This document shows positions 13,960 through 25,700 of a DNA stretch of 64,000 nt, one piece after another (positions within the stretch are counted from its first letter, which is position 1; every line of letters begins with the position of its first letter). Under the pieces are notes generated by a model. That model saw nothing but the letters and a program-made list of their open reading frames with translations, ran no database searches and was not told where the DNA came from. The DNA is from Phallusia mammillata (lineage: Eukaryota). The stretch is taken from contig OZ281498.1 of NCBI GenBank assembly GCA_965637545.1, forward strand, positions 7,688,001 through 7,752,000, given 5' to 3'. Position numbers and translations under genes: made by a program.

Positions 13960-14269
13960 TACGGACAAAAACAATATGTGTCCCCTTCAGGGAAGGGGAC
14001 CCATAATGAAGGTGTTAACTGAGGTTTCGTATTGCACAAAACCCGAATAATATCTAAATGTGCACATCCCATGGTTGCCGAATTTTTATTCAAAAATCTA
14101 ATGCATCAACACAGCTAATTTATTTCCTCATTATTTATTTCCTATTCTCCGGAACGGCTGGTAAATTTTGTACATGCAATATACCAGGCGAAATCTTGAA
14201 TTATAAAACAGACAGAATCTGTTGATTTTGTCAAAAGTCAAGCAACCAGAAATGAAAGTGGTCCTGCTG

Positions 14270-14456
14270 ATAAGGTTCGAACCCGAAGGTTCTTGACCAA
14301 AACCTAAAATGATCGAACTAAAGTTCGATTTTCGCTCAAAAGTTGAAATACCGAAACAAATGAGGTCCAGGTTAGAGTCAAGCTCGAATCCCATTTTATT
14401 TAAACTTAAGCGCGAACCCGACCCGAAAGGCCCGGCCGACAGATAACTAACTCTAC
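14270..14456. mobile_element. Possible CCCG-rich MITE fragment
   Basis: Clustered CGAACCCGA/GACCCG motifs ending in taactcta, like the K-family terminus. Left end not resolved. Confidence 0.3.
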
Positions 14457-15235
14457 AACAACCCTGGAAACTCAACATCAGCTCGCATTGCGTGGTGTCG
14501 TGCTGCAGATGGACTGGCGATAACGCTGCCTGTGAACGTGCATCGGGCCTGGGACGCCGGTGAAATGTTACAAGTAAGATTGGTTCAAGGTATGGCCGGA
14601 ATGTTAGCGGCTCGTTTTGGAATGTGACCGCCTTTTTCGTGAAAAAAAAACTTCCCACCGGCGGAAGAGCTTTTGCCCAACGCTGACGTCATAAACAAAC
14701 GCTGCAAGCTGGAGAGTTTCCCAGACGAAAATTCAGCTGTGTACATTTAAATTTTATACAGTTTGGATGGAATAAAAATTTCATCTTTATCCTGCTGGAC
14801 TTTTCTAAGAGACGAACTTGAGTTTTATCGATGACCACAAAACAATTTTTCCGTAACTGCACCTGGAAAAATGTCTAGTCTTTGGTGCCTTAAAACTTCT
14901 AGACTGAATTCATAAAAAATACAGATTTTCCTTTGAAATCTGCCAAACGAAATCGATGGACAGTGACTGGCAATAAGTAATGGATAGACACAACAACGTC
15001 AAATGCTACTTAGGGGCATTCACATTTGCGAAATATGATTAAAACCAGACAGGAACAATCGGGCATAAAAGAGGAATATCTAAAACTGAAAAGGTAGTCG
15101 CTAACGGTCTGACAATTATCAATTCAAAGACTTACCCAAACATATTTACAGCCTTTATTTCAATATCAAACATCAAAGCTTGCTCTGGAAACGAGATATG
15201 TATTTCAGGTTATGTAAAACCATGCACAGAAAAGA

Positions 15236-15414
15236 GCTGCAAACCGGACAAACCAATCAAACAAGCATATTCGCACAGACAAACAACAACAACTTTCCAC
15301 GTATATCGGCGCAATGCAAACCATAGTCACATAAGGGCTGCAAAACGGACAAATCAATCAAACACAATCAGACAAGCATACTGGACAGCCAAACAGACAA
15401 ATGACAACAACTTT
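15236..15414. repeat. Diverged direct duplication of about 60-80 bp, possibly part of another HINE-like relic
   Basis: gctgcaaaccggacaaaccaatcaaac...caacaacttt is repeated as gctgcaaaacggacaaatcaatcaaac...caacaacttt about 100 bp later. Confidence 0.6.
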
Positions 15415-16208
15415 ATGTATCGGAGCGTCGATACTCAGTCGCATCGAACGAGATAATCGATAGGTTGAGCCTGAAGTAAAAGTTACGAAATCGCTCCATC
15501 GACCTGTGGTTTGATGGTCTGATGAGATATACGCCTATTCTTCCCAGCCTAGCAGTGGGTGGGCTTTGCGTGTTAAAAGAATCGACAGCCTCCGAACGTG
15601 AAAGGAAGCTAAGCGTCCGGATCTGCTCTCAAACGGAAGGTAGTCTTCTAACTCTTTAACAGTTCGTGTGTGTAGCTATCACTGCACTTCAGTTCGTGTA
15701 AACATTGGCCTTGTCAATGGAAGTGCAGATAATGGGGAATTTTGTGTATTGTACTTGATATAAAATATCAAATAATGGTAATCGCACAGCATTATAACCC
15801 TGTGTGCGTTGGGTGGTACGTGTATCTGTCAAAAGTACAAGGAAACATAGGAAATGAAAGTATTGGTTTGCACTAAGTGTAACCAAGTGGGTGACCCTAC
15901 ACAAAAACTACTCGACCCTTAACACTAGGCCTAAAGAAAGCCAGTATCCGGTTCTTCGGGAGCTTGGGTATAACTGGAAAACGGGGCATTGAAAATTCGT
16001 TGAAAAAGTGCTGCCGAAAAAGTGATTGTTTACAAAGTCGACCTAAACTTGTGCGTTTAATAACAGTAAGAAATGTCACGCGCACGCACACTCAAACGCA
16101 AACTACCGGTAACTCGGCGGGGGGAAAAACAACAGACGCACAAAGGCTGCGGCGAAGAGCTTTGTAAGAGTTCACCTAACAGTGATATTGACATTCCTTT
16201 CACGCCGG

Positions 16209-16248
16209 TTCCCGCGCTTTTCGTATCACGTGACTGCATTTGGCGGGA
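16209..16248. promoter_or_regulatory. E2F / E-box / E2F composite element
   Basis: TTCCCGCG 16209-16216, TCACGTGA 16226-16233 and TTTGGCGGGA 16239-16248, all within 40 bp. Confidence 0.45.
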
Positions 16249-18506
16249 GTTGCGGACCAAAACAAACCAATTCCAAAGTCCCTTCGCACTCTCAACGCTT
16301 TGCTCTTGGCGGTGATTAAGCGAGCGAGTGTGAAGCCGTTTGTGTCGGTTACTCAATAACCAACACACGCACACACCCCTAAACACTTTACTTTGATAAG
16401 GGCTTTAAACGTACCAAAGCGTTTTGCTGAAAAGCGCTACTGCCTGAGGGCACAGAAAACTTCCAATTTGGCACTCTGGTTCGAATGACGTCAGACTCTG
16501 TGATGTGCCCTTGAAAAGTGACGCAATCTGCTTGCAAAAGACGTGATCTTTGCGGTATTTCGGATCGAACTTGTTGGGGCGTTTTCTGGGCGTCGTCTAA
16601 TTGCGACATCGAAAGCAATAGTTGTTGTTTTCGAAGCCTCTGACAACCCACGTCACTAAAGGTGACAGTGAAGCAACGTTTCCGCTGACCTTTTTGACTT
16701 TCATATGTTTGCCCTAACATACCACAATATGCTATGCAAGCAAAATAAGAATGACTCCCCTAAAAATCCAAACGCACCAACTACAGGAGTCAAAACTTTT
16801 GCTGCATAAGAAAATTTCCATAATTTGCACACCTAAAATTGTAAATTAACTAACACCTCATTTAAGGAAACAACATAAAATTGTACATACCTTTCGAAAT
16901 GTTAGTAAACTTCCTTTTTGACCAGGAATAGTAAGAAATAGCTTTAAAATCCTTGTACATTGCTTTGTCCCGCTTGACTTTGGCTGTGAGAAGCTGTAGG
17001 TAATCAAGTTGCGCCAAAAAATTGCCTCGTGTTTTTCCAGAGGCGTTTGTTGGATGAAAGCGGATTTCGCTTGGCACTTATTAAGATCAGATTACGTTGG
17101 AAACACAAGTAAACGGAGTTACACAAGGAATTTTGATTGACATTGCACTGCAACTTGCAGAATTAGCTGCACAACTTCTAGAAATGCAATTTGATGCGCA
17201 AAGGGTTACTTAACAATTTTTAGGGACTTGCAAGTACAAATGGCATCGCAAGTTGGAAATTGGAAACAAAAACCACTGTTAAAACAAGATTGCTTTTCAG
17301 CAAAGTTATATAACTCCAATTTCGCTCAGTTGCATCAGCCACTTTACGATTACGAAACCCGTGGATCATTTGTGTGTCCTAATCGTAGCGGTTGTCCCGT
17401 GACTTGGCAATTTTGGTGACAGTATGACTTTGCACATTCTAGTCTTGCTGTCGTACAGCCGGATGTGTTTTATTTCTCCCAAGCGATTCCAAAGACCAAA
17501 TCAGATTGTAAACAACACTCCAAACTTGCTGTTGACAAAACACCAAATATAATTTAAGACACAATTTTTGATCTATGTAGAACAAATACAATTGACCCAG
17601 GAGACAGCTGGTTATCTGGTTTTAAACGGTTTTACTGTGACGTGCTGTTTGCAGCAAAATCTAGTGTATGACGTCACTATCATCTGCAGAAATTGCTGCA
17701 AAACGCATTTTGGTGTTGATGGCATGGTCTGTTTTTGCTCTGATTGATTTGTCAGTATGGGGCTGTTACAATACCATTGCGGTCAGCAAAGCATTTTGAC
17801 ACCAGGCCATAGAATATAAAAGCTGCATGGCTAAATGTATTTACTCTGGTGAAACTGTTTCATAAATAAACCCCTTACCGCATAAAACATGTCGCCAAAA
17901 TAACACGAAGTTCAGCATTAAAGGTGCACGAGGGGCATACCGCACTTGTTGACTATGTAGTGTTCCTGTTTACAACGGAACTTGCCTTTTAACACAGCAC
18001 CGTCGCAAGCTAATGCACATAGTGTGTGGTAAAATCCCCTATCACCGGTCCTGCCGCAATTTCGCAGGCGAGCTATCAGACCGAAACATTCCAGAGAAGG
18101 TTACTGGCTATTTTATCGCTACATCTGACACCCACACTAAGAACTGACGAAGAGGTGGAAGACAGCGTGATTCAGCCCCAAATGGAGGTGACTCGACATC
18201 AGGCTTAAGCTGTGCATACTTACCTATTTGGCGGAGGAACAAACGCTATGCGTCGGCGTCCATTTGTGTTTCCGCGCTGAGGAACTATATTTGTCGCCTC
18301 ACTATAATAGCTATGTGTGATTTAAATGGCCCGGAAAAAGCTATGTCTTCTTCTTATGTGGGTTTTGGACTGTTATTTTGTTTACTTTTGCCACTTTGCT
18401 TTTAGGCATTTTACTTTCCATTTGTGTCAAATTAGGTGTTTACCTTGATTACAATATATAGTTAGTTCGTATGTTCGTAGCAATTGTGGTATATGTCGCT
18501 CTACTG

Positions 18507-18580
18507 CAGTGGTTCTCAATCTTATACGGATCGCGTACCACCTGACAACTTTCTTTACCGCTGTGTACCACCTAAACCTG
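18507..18580. mobile_element. Left end of a truncated Buster-type element
   Basis: CAGTGGTTCTCAA preceded by CTCTACTG (central TA) and followed by GTACCACC subterminal repeats. No convincing right TIR found. Confidence 0.45.
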
Positions 18581-19312
18581 TGGTTACCAACCTCATTTTC
18601 AAGCAAGCTCTCAATAGTACAAGTGATTGAATTAAGGTGCGACAAAAAAGTTTTTAACGCGATAAATCATGCTGTTTTGCGTGGTAACTGTCTCTTACTG
18701 GGTAAGTAGCTTTTTAAGCAGACCATATAAAGTTCAAGAGTTTAAATATAGGTGCGACAAAGATGTCTGCAAATTTTAACAAGACAAATGCCGCTGTTGT
18801 TTTTGTTTTTTTACCTCTTATTCTGGCGAAAATCTCAACCAGTCGTGCATTTGCTTGTATTGAAGGCTACTTTTTTTCCTGCACGACACACGGCTGCCTA
18901 TAAGTTGTACACTGCAACACACATTAAATTTTCCCTTCACTTCGCGTTTATTGTTGTAACAATTTGTAACAAAGCACACAAGCTATGAGTAACCGGCTAC
19001 AGCAGAAGCAAAGAAGTGGTTGAATATATTTCATGGGGGGTCGAAACAAAACTATGCGGCGTTATGCAACTACAGCAAGAAGGTTTTTGGGAGAATTGGC
19101 AAAGTTCTTATTTACAGAAACATAGGAAAATTGAACAAAGGGCCCAATTTGGGGGGTGTAAGGTACATAAAGAATCGCTTTTTTTCGGCGGCCCTTTGAG
19201 CATTGATTCGCTCAACACCAAACTCAAGAATTAGTTGTTTTGGGAACGCGGGTTTTTTGAGTGAGGCGCCATTGGCGGGGTTTTACATTTTCGTAAAGAA
19301 CCAAAAATGAAA

Positions 19313-19445
19313 CAAACAAACAAACAAACAAACAAACAAAAATTGTCTAACACAAACAGTTCAACAAAAAAACAAGAGCCCCGAATCGGGCATAGGCACA
19401 CGCACACACACACGCACACAAAACGAACAAACAAACAAACAAAAC
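19313..19445. repeat. (AAAC)n and (CA)n microsatellite cluster
   Basis: aaac x about 7 at 19313-19340, cacgcacacacacacgcacac near 19398-19419, and aaac again at 19428-19441. Confidence 0.9.
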
Positions 19446-19577
19446 GTAACGCACTCGGAAAATTAAATAAGTTATATACAGTTAACATAACATAGACACG
19501 TATTTGACAGGAAAGATCTAAACGAGGTAAGCCGGTGAACAGTACCGCGATACGCCGCGACCCCAAACCCTCCGACA

Positions 19578-19677
19578 TTGTGACGTCACAAGTGGTGGGA
19601 GGGTCGGTGGGGGTGTGGGGTTGGCAGCGTGGGTCCTCAACCCAATCTACACACGTTATAGCAGCAGTGAGTATTGG
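19578..19677. promoter_or_regulatory. Promoter-like cluster downstream of Myc: CRE palindrome, G-quadruplex/KLF-Sp tract and two CCAAT boxes
   Basis: TTGTGACGTCACAA 19578-19591; GGG-A-GGG-TCGGT-GGGGG-TGT-GGGG 19597-19620; CCAAT 19642-19646; ATTGG 19673-19677. Confidence 0.45.
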
Positions 19678-20673
19678 ATTTTCTAAACGCATGAGCAACT
19701 GAAAGAACGAACGAAAAACGAACGAACTATAAAACAAACGAACGTGATCGCTCTAAGGTTGTTTCATTGTGCGACAAAATATCGCATTTTTTTCGCTTGT
19801 GAAGTTATTAATTGATTATACCGGGCATAAAAAACACCTTTTTGTCTTACTAGTCGAACTTATTTCATTTCGCTTATAGCACCGAGAAATAAACAAAAAC
19901 ATGCGAGTACTGGCAATTTCACCTTAGTTTGGGGTTGGGAACATATTATTCTCGTCTTGAAACGGGGGGACACGTTACATACAGCACCAACGCAAGTCCA
20001 GCGGCGGCGCCTCGTTTTGCATCCAAGCCGGCGCCAGGCGCCACAGAAGGCACTGAAGAGTTAACATGGCGCGAAACGAGACGCCAGGCAGCCGACGGCA
20101 GCAACACTACGGGGACGAAGTAAGATAGGATACAGTGAGCAAGGGGGTAGGGGTTAAAGGTGAAACGGCAATACTGACAACGGAACGAAGAGCATCGTAG
20201 AGGCGGAGGCTGTGGCACTATTGACGGGGAGAACAAGTCAAAGTCGGGGCAAAATACTTGGTCCACGGTCGCTTATTTTGATATTTCTGTTTGCTGTATT
20301 TCGGACAGTCAAGCAGCTGCACGAAATTTCGGCTTGACGGGACGATTTTATGATTACGATTAGACCGTGTATAGCGAACAGTAGCAGCAGTATGTTAAAA
20401 AAATGCGAGTGCAGAAAAGGGCTCGTGTGATATTGGCAGTGGTCGCAGTTTACCCTTGGCTGCATGCAGACACTCTACTCTACTCGTGGTGGTGAAGAAG
20501 CCCTTCTGGCTACGAACTAAATCTACGAAACACAACACGCAAACGGGTGGAACGCGTGCTTTTTATGGCAAATACAGGCAAACGATGATAACGGTGACAA
20601 AGACCGCATGATTTGTTCAAGTCTAAGGTGTAAAGGCTACAGCATGGCAGTGATAAGCTTTGTAACAAGTTTG

Positions 20674-20679
20674 TTTATT
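20674..20679 (-). terminator. Candidate Myc polyadenylation signal AATAAA (3' UTR about 0.7 kb)
   Basis: tttatt on + (AATAAA on -) about 670 nt downstream of the stop, after a U-rich minus-strand tract. A longer 3' UTR cannot be excluded. Confidence 0.4.
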
Positions 20680-21347
20680 ACCATTTTGACGCCCTAAGCG
20701 AAATATTTTGGGAGTTTAGTCGTGTTGGGGACATTTTAATCGAGGATTTACACGCACATAACGCGCTTCTTGCTATGTACAAGCATAAGATGGCGCTTGG
20801 CCTACGTATATTCGCGTCTGTTTAGACACACGGTGGAATGGATCTTTGTTTGGCAAAGCCAGAACGACAAGCGCGGACGCTGAGACTAAAGAAAGAGACG
20901 CTAAAGGCGACTGGAACACTATTTGAAATGTACATGTTTAACAGTTAGACACAATTAAAACGGGGAACGAAACTTTCCCTTTTAACTGGGGTTCTAGCCA
21001 AAGCAAATAAAAGAACACCAAACAAACAGAAGGAGTCGGAAAAAACACGGTCGTTGAAACAAAAAGTGCTGGGCGGAAATAAAACACAGAAAAAAAACTT
21101 AAAAGGAAAAAACGAACGGAATTAAGCTGGGCAACCGTTTCTTGGGTTGGTTGACGCTTTGGTATTGGCGAAAAACGGTTTAAGAACTCCTCAGAAAAAG
21201 AAAACTTAACCGTTGTATGGATATGTACACGAGTTTTAAAATAGGCTTCAAGTCTGTTTGGTAGGAAACCAAATGGGTATGTATAATACATGTTTCATAC
21301 GGCGTTGGTTTAATACCCGCCGGGTTGGCATTACTTTGAATTCCAAG

Positions 21348-22774
21348 TTAATAGTAAGCGCTCACGTATACCGCTGTGCTAAGGTGATCCACTGATCCCA
21401 TAGTCTCCTCTTCTTCTTCTGAGCTAACATCCACATCTTGGTAATAAGCATCAGTCCTTTCCGGCGACTCGCTACCGTCGCTGCAGTCTTGATCGTCGGA
21501 CGAGTAGACCACCCGGTTACATGGCGCCGAAAAATGACTCGACCGGTGCACGGCTTCGGCGCGTTCGCATTTCACTGGCGAGGCAAGAGACACGGGTTGA
21601 ACAGATGAAATCTCATTGAGCAACTCCCGTAGTTTCTGGTGCAAGTACACGTTACGCTCGTGCAATCCGGCCTTCTCGACTTCCAAGGACATTTGCTCGT
21701 CCTGAAGTTGCAATGAGTACTCCTTGGCTTTCTTAAGGATGTGGACTTTGGGAGCGCGTTCAGTGTCGGCAAGCTCAGGAACGCATTTCCGCAACGTGTG
21801 GAAGGATGCGCGCAGACCCTCACGCCTTTGACGCTCTAGGACATTATGTGCGGCGCGGATCTCTTCGTCTGAGCCGCTACTGCTGGCTGTGGATTCGCCG
21901 CTGATCACTCGCTGCTTGCGTGGTGAGCAGGGGTTGCTTTCACCTGCTGAGCTAACTGGGCTATTAGCAGGAGTGTCGTATGTTACCGCTGGGACAGTAA
22001 CCGGTTTTGCTTTCGTGGCCTTCTTGGTCATTTTCCTTTTCTCCGTTAAGGTTTCGGGATTACCGGTGGACACGACGAAGACTTGCTCTCCAGTGGGATG
22101 AAGATGAGGGGTCGAGAGCTGCTCCTTCTTCACTGGAGGAGAGAGGTCGGATTTGTTCCTCATTACGCCCGTGTCGGTAACCATGGAGATTCCTTGTAGC
22201 GAGAGGACGGGTCGCTTAGCAGACGAAGACTGGCTGATATTGGTTGCTGCTACTGTGGGCTGTGATTCACGGACCTTCTTTGCAGGAGGCGGGCCGTTAA
22301 TGATATTGCTTGAACTTGTAGAAAGTCGCATCACTGAGGCTACTGACGTTGCCGCATTGCTGGGACTGGTAAAACGCCGTTTTGTAGTCAGACCATTAGA
22401 TCCAACAGACGTGGTCATGACGGGAAGGGTTTTAAGCTGGAAATTGACCGGTTTCGTGGTGCCGTCGGCGCCCGATTTTACATTGTTGATCACCATGGTG
22501 ACGGTTTGCTGGCCATTTCTCTCGGTCTTTGAGACTTGAAACTTGGTTTTTAGTTTGTTCTCCTTGTCTGCGCCGTCGTTGGCTCGCTTGCGGATCCGGT
22601 TGGCGTTTGACGTCACAAGGGCAAGTTGACGATGCGGCCCATTGAGCCGGGAAACCAGGGTTCCCACAACTTTGCGGCCCTGGGACAGAACGCCAAGTGT
22701 TGTAGTGGAGTTTGTCGTGGTCGGTGTCTTGTTCGGTGATGCTTTTTCAACAGTGACAACATCTATTTCTTCAT
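21348..22774 (-). CDS. Myc: Myc, last coding exon (MBIIIb, NLS-like motif, bHLH-leucine zipper, acidic C-terminal tail)
   Basis: Acceptor tttgcag| at 22776-22775. The spliced junction reads G|AT GAA GAA ATA GAT GTT GTC ACT GTT GAA AAA = DEEIDVVTVEK (MBIIIb). PPPAKKVR is NLS-like. IRAAHNVLERQRREGLRASFHTLRKCVPELADTERAPKVHILKKA is a Myc-type bHLH followed by a heptad leucine zipper. 613+1427 = 2040 nt keeps frame to TAA at 21350-21348. Confidence 0.97.
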
Positions 22775-25700
22775 CTGCAAAGTTATAAAGAAGTTCTTGA
22801 ATATTGGGTTATCTTGGATATACGTAAAAGTATTTAGTGCTAGCTTGTGTCACACAAATACAGTTTAAATGGGTGTAACTGATGTGACCCTTCATATCAC
22901 TGATGTTGGAATGAGTATTTGCCGAAACGCCTAACAATAAAGCTTGTGGCTTTTACGTCTATTTGGGCCGTTATTTTCGTCAATAAATACAGTTTGTTTT
23001 CTAAATCTCTATTAAAGATCACCCCAAGTTTGTAAACCCACACAAGTGGTCAGAGATAGTAAAAAACAACTGTAAACAGGGGTTTATATAAGCGACGGTT
23101 TGAGACATATCGTTCTCCTGATGGTTTAGATATCGCGATATCTCAAGTAATAGCGGTTTTCCGACGGCAGGTGAAACGCGCACAAGTGCCCGAGGGTGAG
23201 AAACTCGCCATATGGCAAACGAAGTAAAACGCCGAGCTTACGTTACAGCAAAACACACTAATGCATAATAATTTGCAGCAGACGCTTTCAGTCGTAATGT
23301 GCCACAACATTGCACGCCAAACAGCAGGCTTCGGAGCTTACAGCTTACGCAATGGTGCAGTGTATGCTAATGATGTTATGTACGGTCGTGGAGACTGCGT
23401 ACCGGTACCGCATCAGATAGGCCAACGCAAAACCGGTAACGCGGCATATCTGACATTGCGCTTGTCGGCAACAAACCGGTGCGTTTCGTGATGACATTGA
23501 TTGCCGCTATTGAATATAACGTCACAAAAGACTGGCAACATCCGTTTCATGGCGTAACCGCAACTTATAGATCAAGGATGGGCTGAGTTGCATGACTGCG
23601 GTAAGCGCGAAACAGCAATTACAACTTGTCGACATGCATTTGAAAGTATTCGGCCAGCAGACAGGAGACCACCGAGCTTTATATCCGACCGCAGTCGCAT
23701 TCCATGCCTTATCTGCCTCGGAATTGCCTTCATAGTATCCAGGCCCAGCCGCCACCTGTTACAGCAAATCCCAAAAGCCGGCAAGTACAAAATTGCACTT
23801 GAAAAAAGAAAAACTCGAACGCTGGGCAAAATTTGAGCCAGTCTAAACACCCAAGGGACGGTGTAAGTGGCAGCATATGCTCTGGCACGATGCCATTGTG
23901 GCCCTCTATAGCTGCGCAACCGGAGAACAAAGAACGCCATACGATATTCGCGTATCTCCACTGAAGAGCCCTTGGTCTGTTCCCTTCAATTCAACGCAAT
24001 GCCCGCGCATACAATGCAAACAAAAACGCGGACGCAAATGTCCTTTACACATCGACTTATATTGGCATAGTAGTGCCCACAATGCTTCAGCACAAAAGCC
24101 TAAAACTCCTTCTTGCAAGTCAGCACAACCTTGCCACAAAAAAGGTGTCTTAATTACCAAGGAGACACATTTTAGACAGAAATATAACTGCCCGTTTATA
24201 TAGCACAACCTGTACGCAATTAGGGTTAAATCGGGCGTGCCTCGGCCAAGACGCTAAAAGCAATTCCCTTGAGGATAGAATGTCGTCATTCCCACGTTAA
24301 TGACTGAGCGAAGAGCGCTTGCCCTTGCCGTAAAGCATTGCGCAATGGTGTATCGAGTACAGGCGGCTTTGCCCTACATCAAACGTGACCGAGTTGTTCT
24401 TAATGTCTGGAATTCACATTACCCGTGTAATAAACGACCTTGTGTTAAAGCTAACGGCCTTCGCAAAGCTTGGAAGCTCGTCAAAAAGCAGTTACAGTTT
24501 TGAATGCGAATTTAACCTGCTACAGTTTAACAACTTAAGGACTTACGTTGGTTGTTCTAATCAACAGATCAATATGTGAGCACACACTACATAAAATCCA
24601 ATGTTTATTAAAGAGCTAAATAGGTAGTGTATTTGAGCAACATAGCTGCACTATTTTCGGTGGGCTACAAGCGGTATTTTTTTCACAATAAAGTTTTACT
24701 CTTGTTTTCTCAGCGAAAGCCGACAGCGAAGGTTAAACTGGCAAAAAGCGACAGATGGCAGGCGGGCCAATGTCGGTAAACACTGAGTCACTCATAATAG
24801 TTTCGAACAGCTAGGCGAGATGATAACGAGTTTTCTTCCGCATTTAAGTCGACGACGGGATATGGCGGAGAAACATCTGCCACACATAAATTGTACGAAG
24901 ACGGAAAAAACACAAGTCATCAATTTGCAAAGGGAATCCAAAGGCGCATGTTTTCATAACACATGGCTTTTTGTGGTTGACTATAGGTCAGGCCAGTGAA
25001 CATGAATCCCAAGTCATTAAAATCGAATTAATGGCAAATATTGGGGCTCTGGATTTTCAATCAGGCCTTGGGCACTATATTTCCTATTTTTTGACCAAAG
25101 TTAGTGAGGAAATGTGATAGTCATTATATTATTACAAGGTGATATTCTAAGACCAAATGGTGGCATCCTTTTTCAGCTCTGACGCGAATGCCCACGCAGC
25201 ATATGGCTCGGGGCGCCGGGCTACCAAATTACTGTATCCAAAAGTATAAATGGACAGGCGAACTTCAAATGGCTTTGCGCAAACTCGCGGCGGCGTTATG
25301 TCACGCTTATTAGGCAAAGCCGCAGGCTACGCGCTGGAGTGGGTGTCTGACAGTCATATCACCCAACTGGATTCAGCTTTCGACGACGCTAAAACGCCGA
25401 GGTAAAAACCTTCAACGGAAGCTTAGGGCGACCTTGGGGGCGTGGGAATGGATGCAAGCTAATTTTAACGGAATTACAAGGCCGGTGGAGTGACGAGGTG
25501 GAAGCAAAGGGTGCTGTGATGCAAATTACCGGGCCTCTTGAGGGTTGTCGCAATGAATTGAGTTACATCATCTGCGTCTGTGTCCGCGCCGCCTATCTGT
25601 TATCGGGATCTGGATCTAGCGCTTAGCACAGCAAATTAAGATCGGCTGAAATACCAGGCGTTCACGCGTATTACCGAAACACAACTACAAAGATTGCAAC

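Larger units (their letters stand above)
13400..14008 (+). mobile_element. pearl/HINE-like (Helentron-associated) non-autonomous element: tandem cores, microsatellite and 3' hairpin
   Basis: About 3.1 copies of a 157-bp unit, then an A-rich AAAAAG-type microsatellite, then ACAATATG and the hairpin GTCCCCTTC-agg-GAAGGGGAC (13980-14000) ending CATAAT. The left boundary may extend to about 12660. Confidence 0.65.

Noticed and set aside
14131-14658. 175-aa minus-strand ORF as a gene
   Set aside because: No recognisable domain or splice context, and it overlaps CCCG-rich MITE-like sequence.
19231-19737. 168-aa hydrophobic ORF
   Set aside because: The FVCL/CVCV runs are translations of (GTTT)n and (GT)n microsatellites.
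21572-22539. ORFs 21572-21823, 21889-22101 and 22153-22539 as overlapping genes
   Set aside because: They are alternative-frame or antisense shadows of the GC-rich Myc exon.
23128-23143. Perfect 16-bp palindrome AGATATCGCGATATCT
   Set aside because: About one palindrome of this length is expected by chance in 64 kb, and nothing else supports it.
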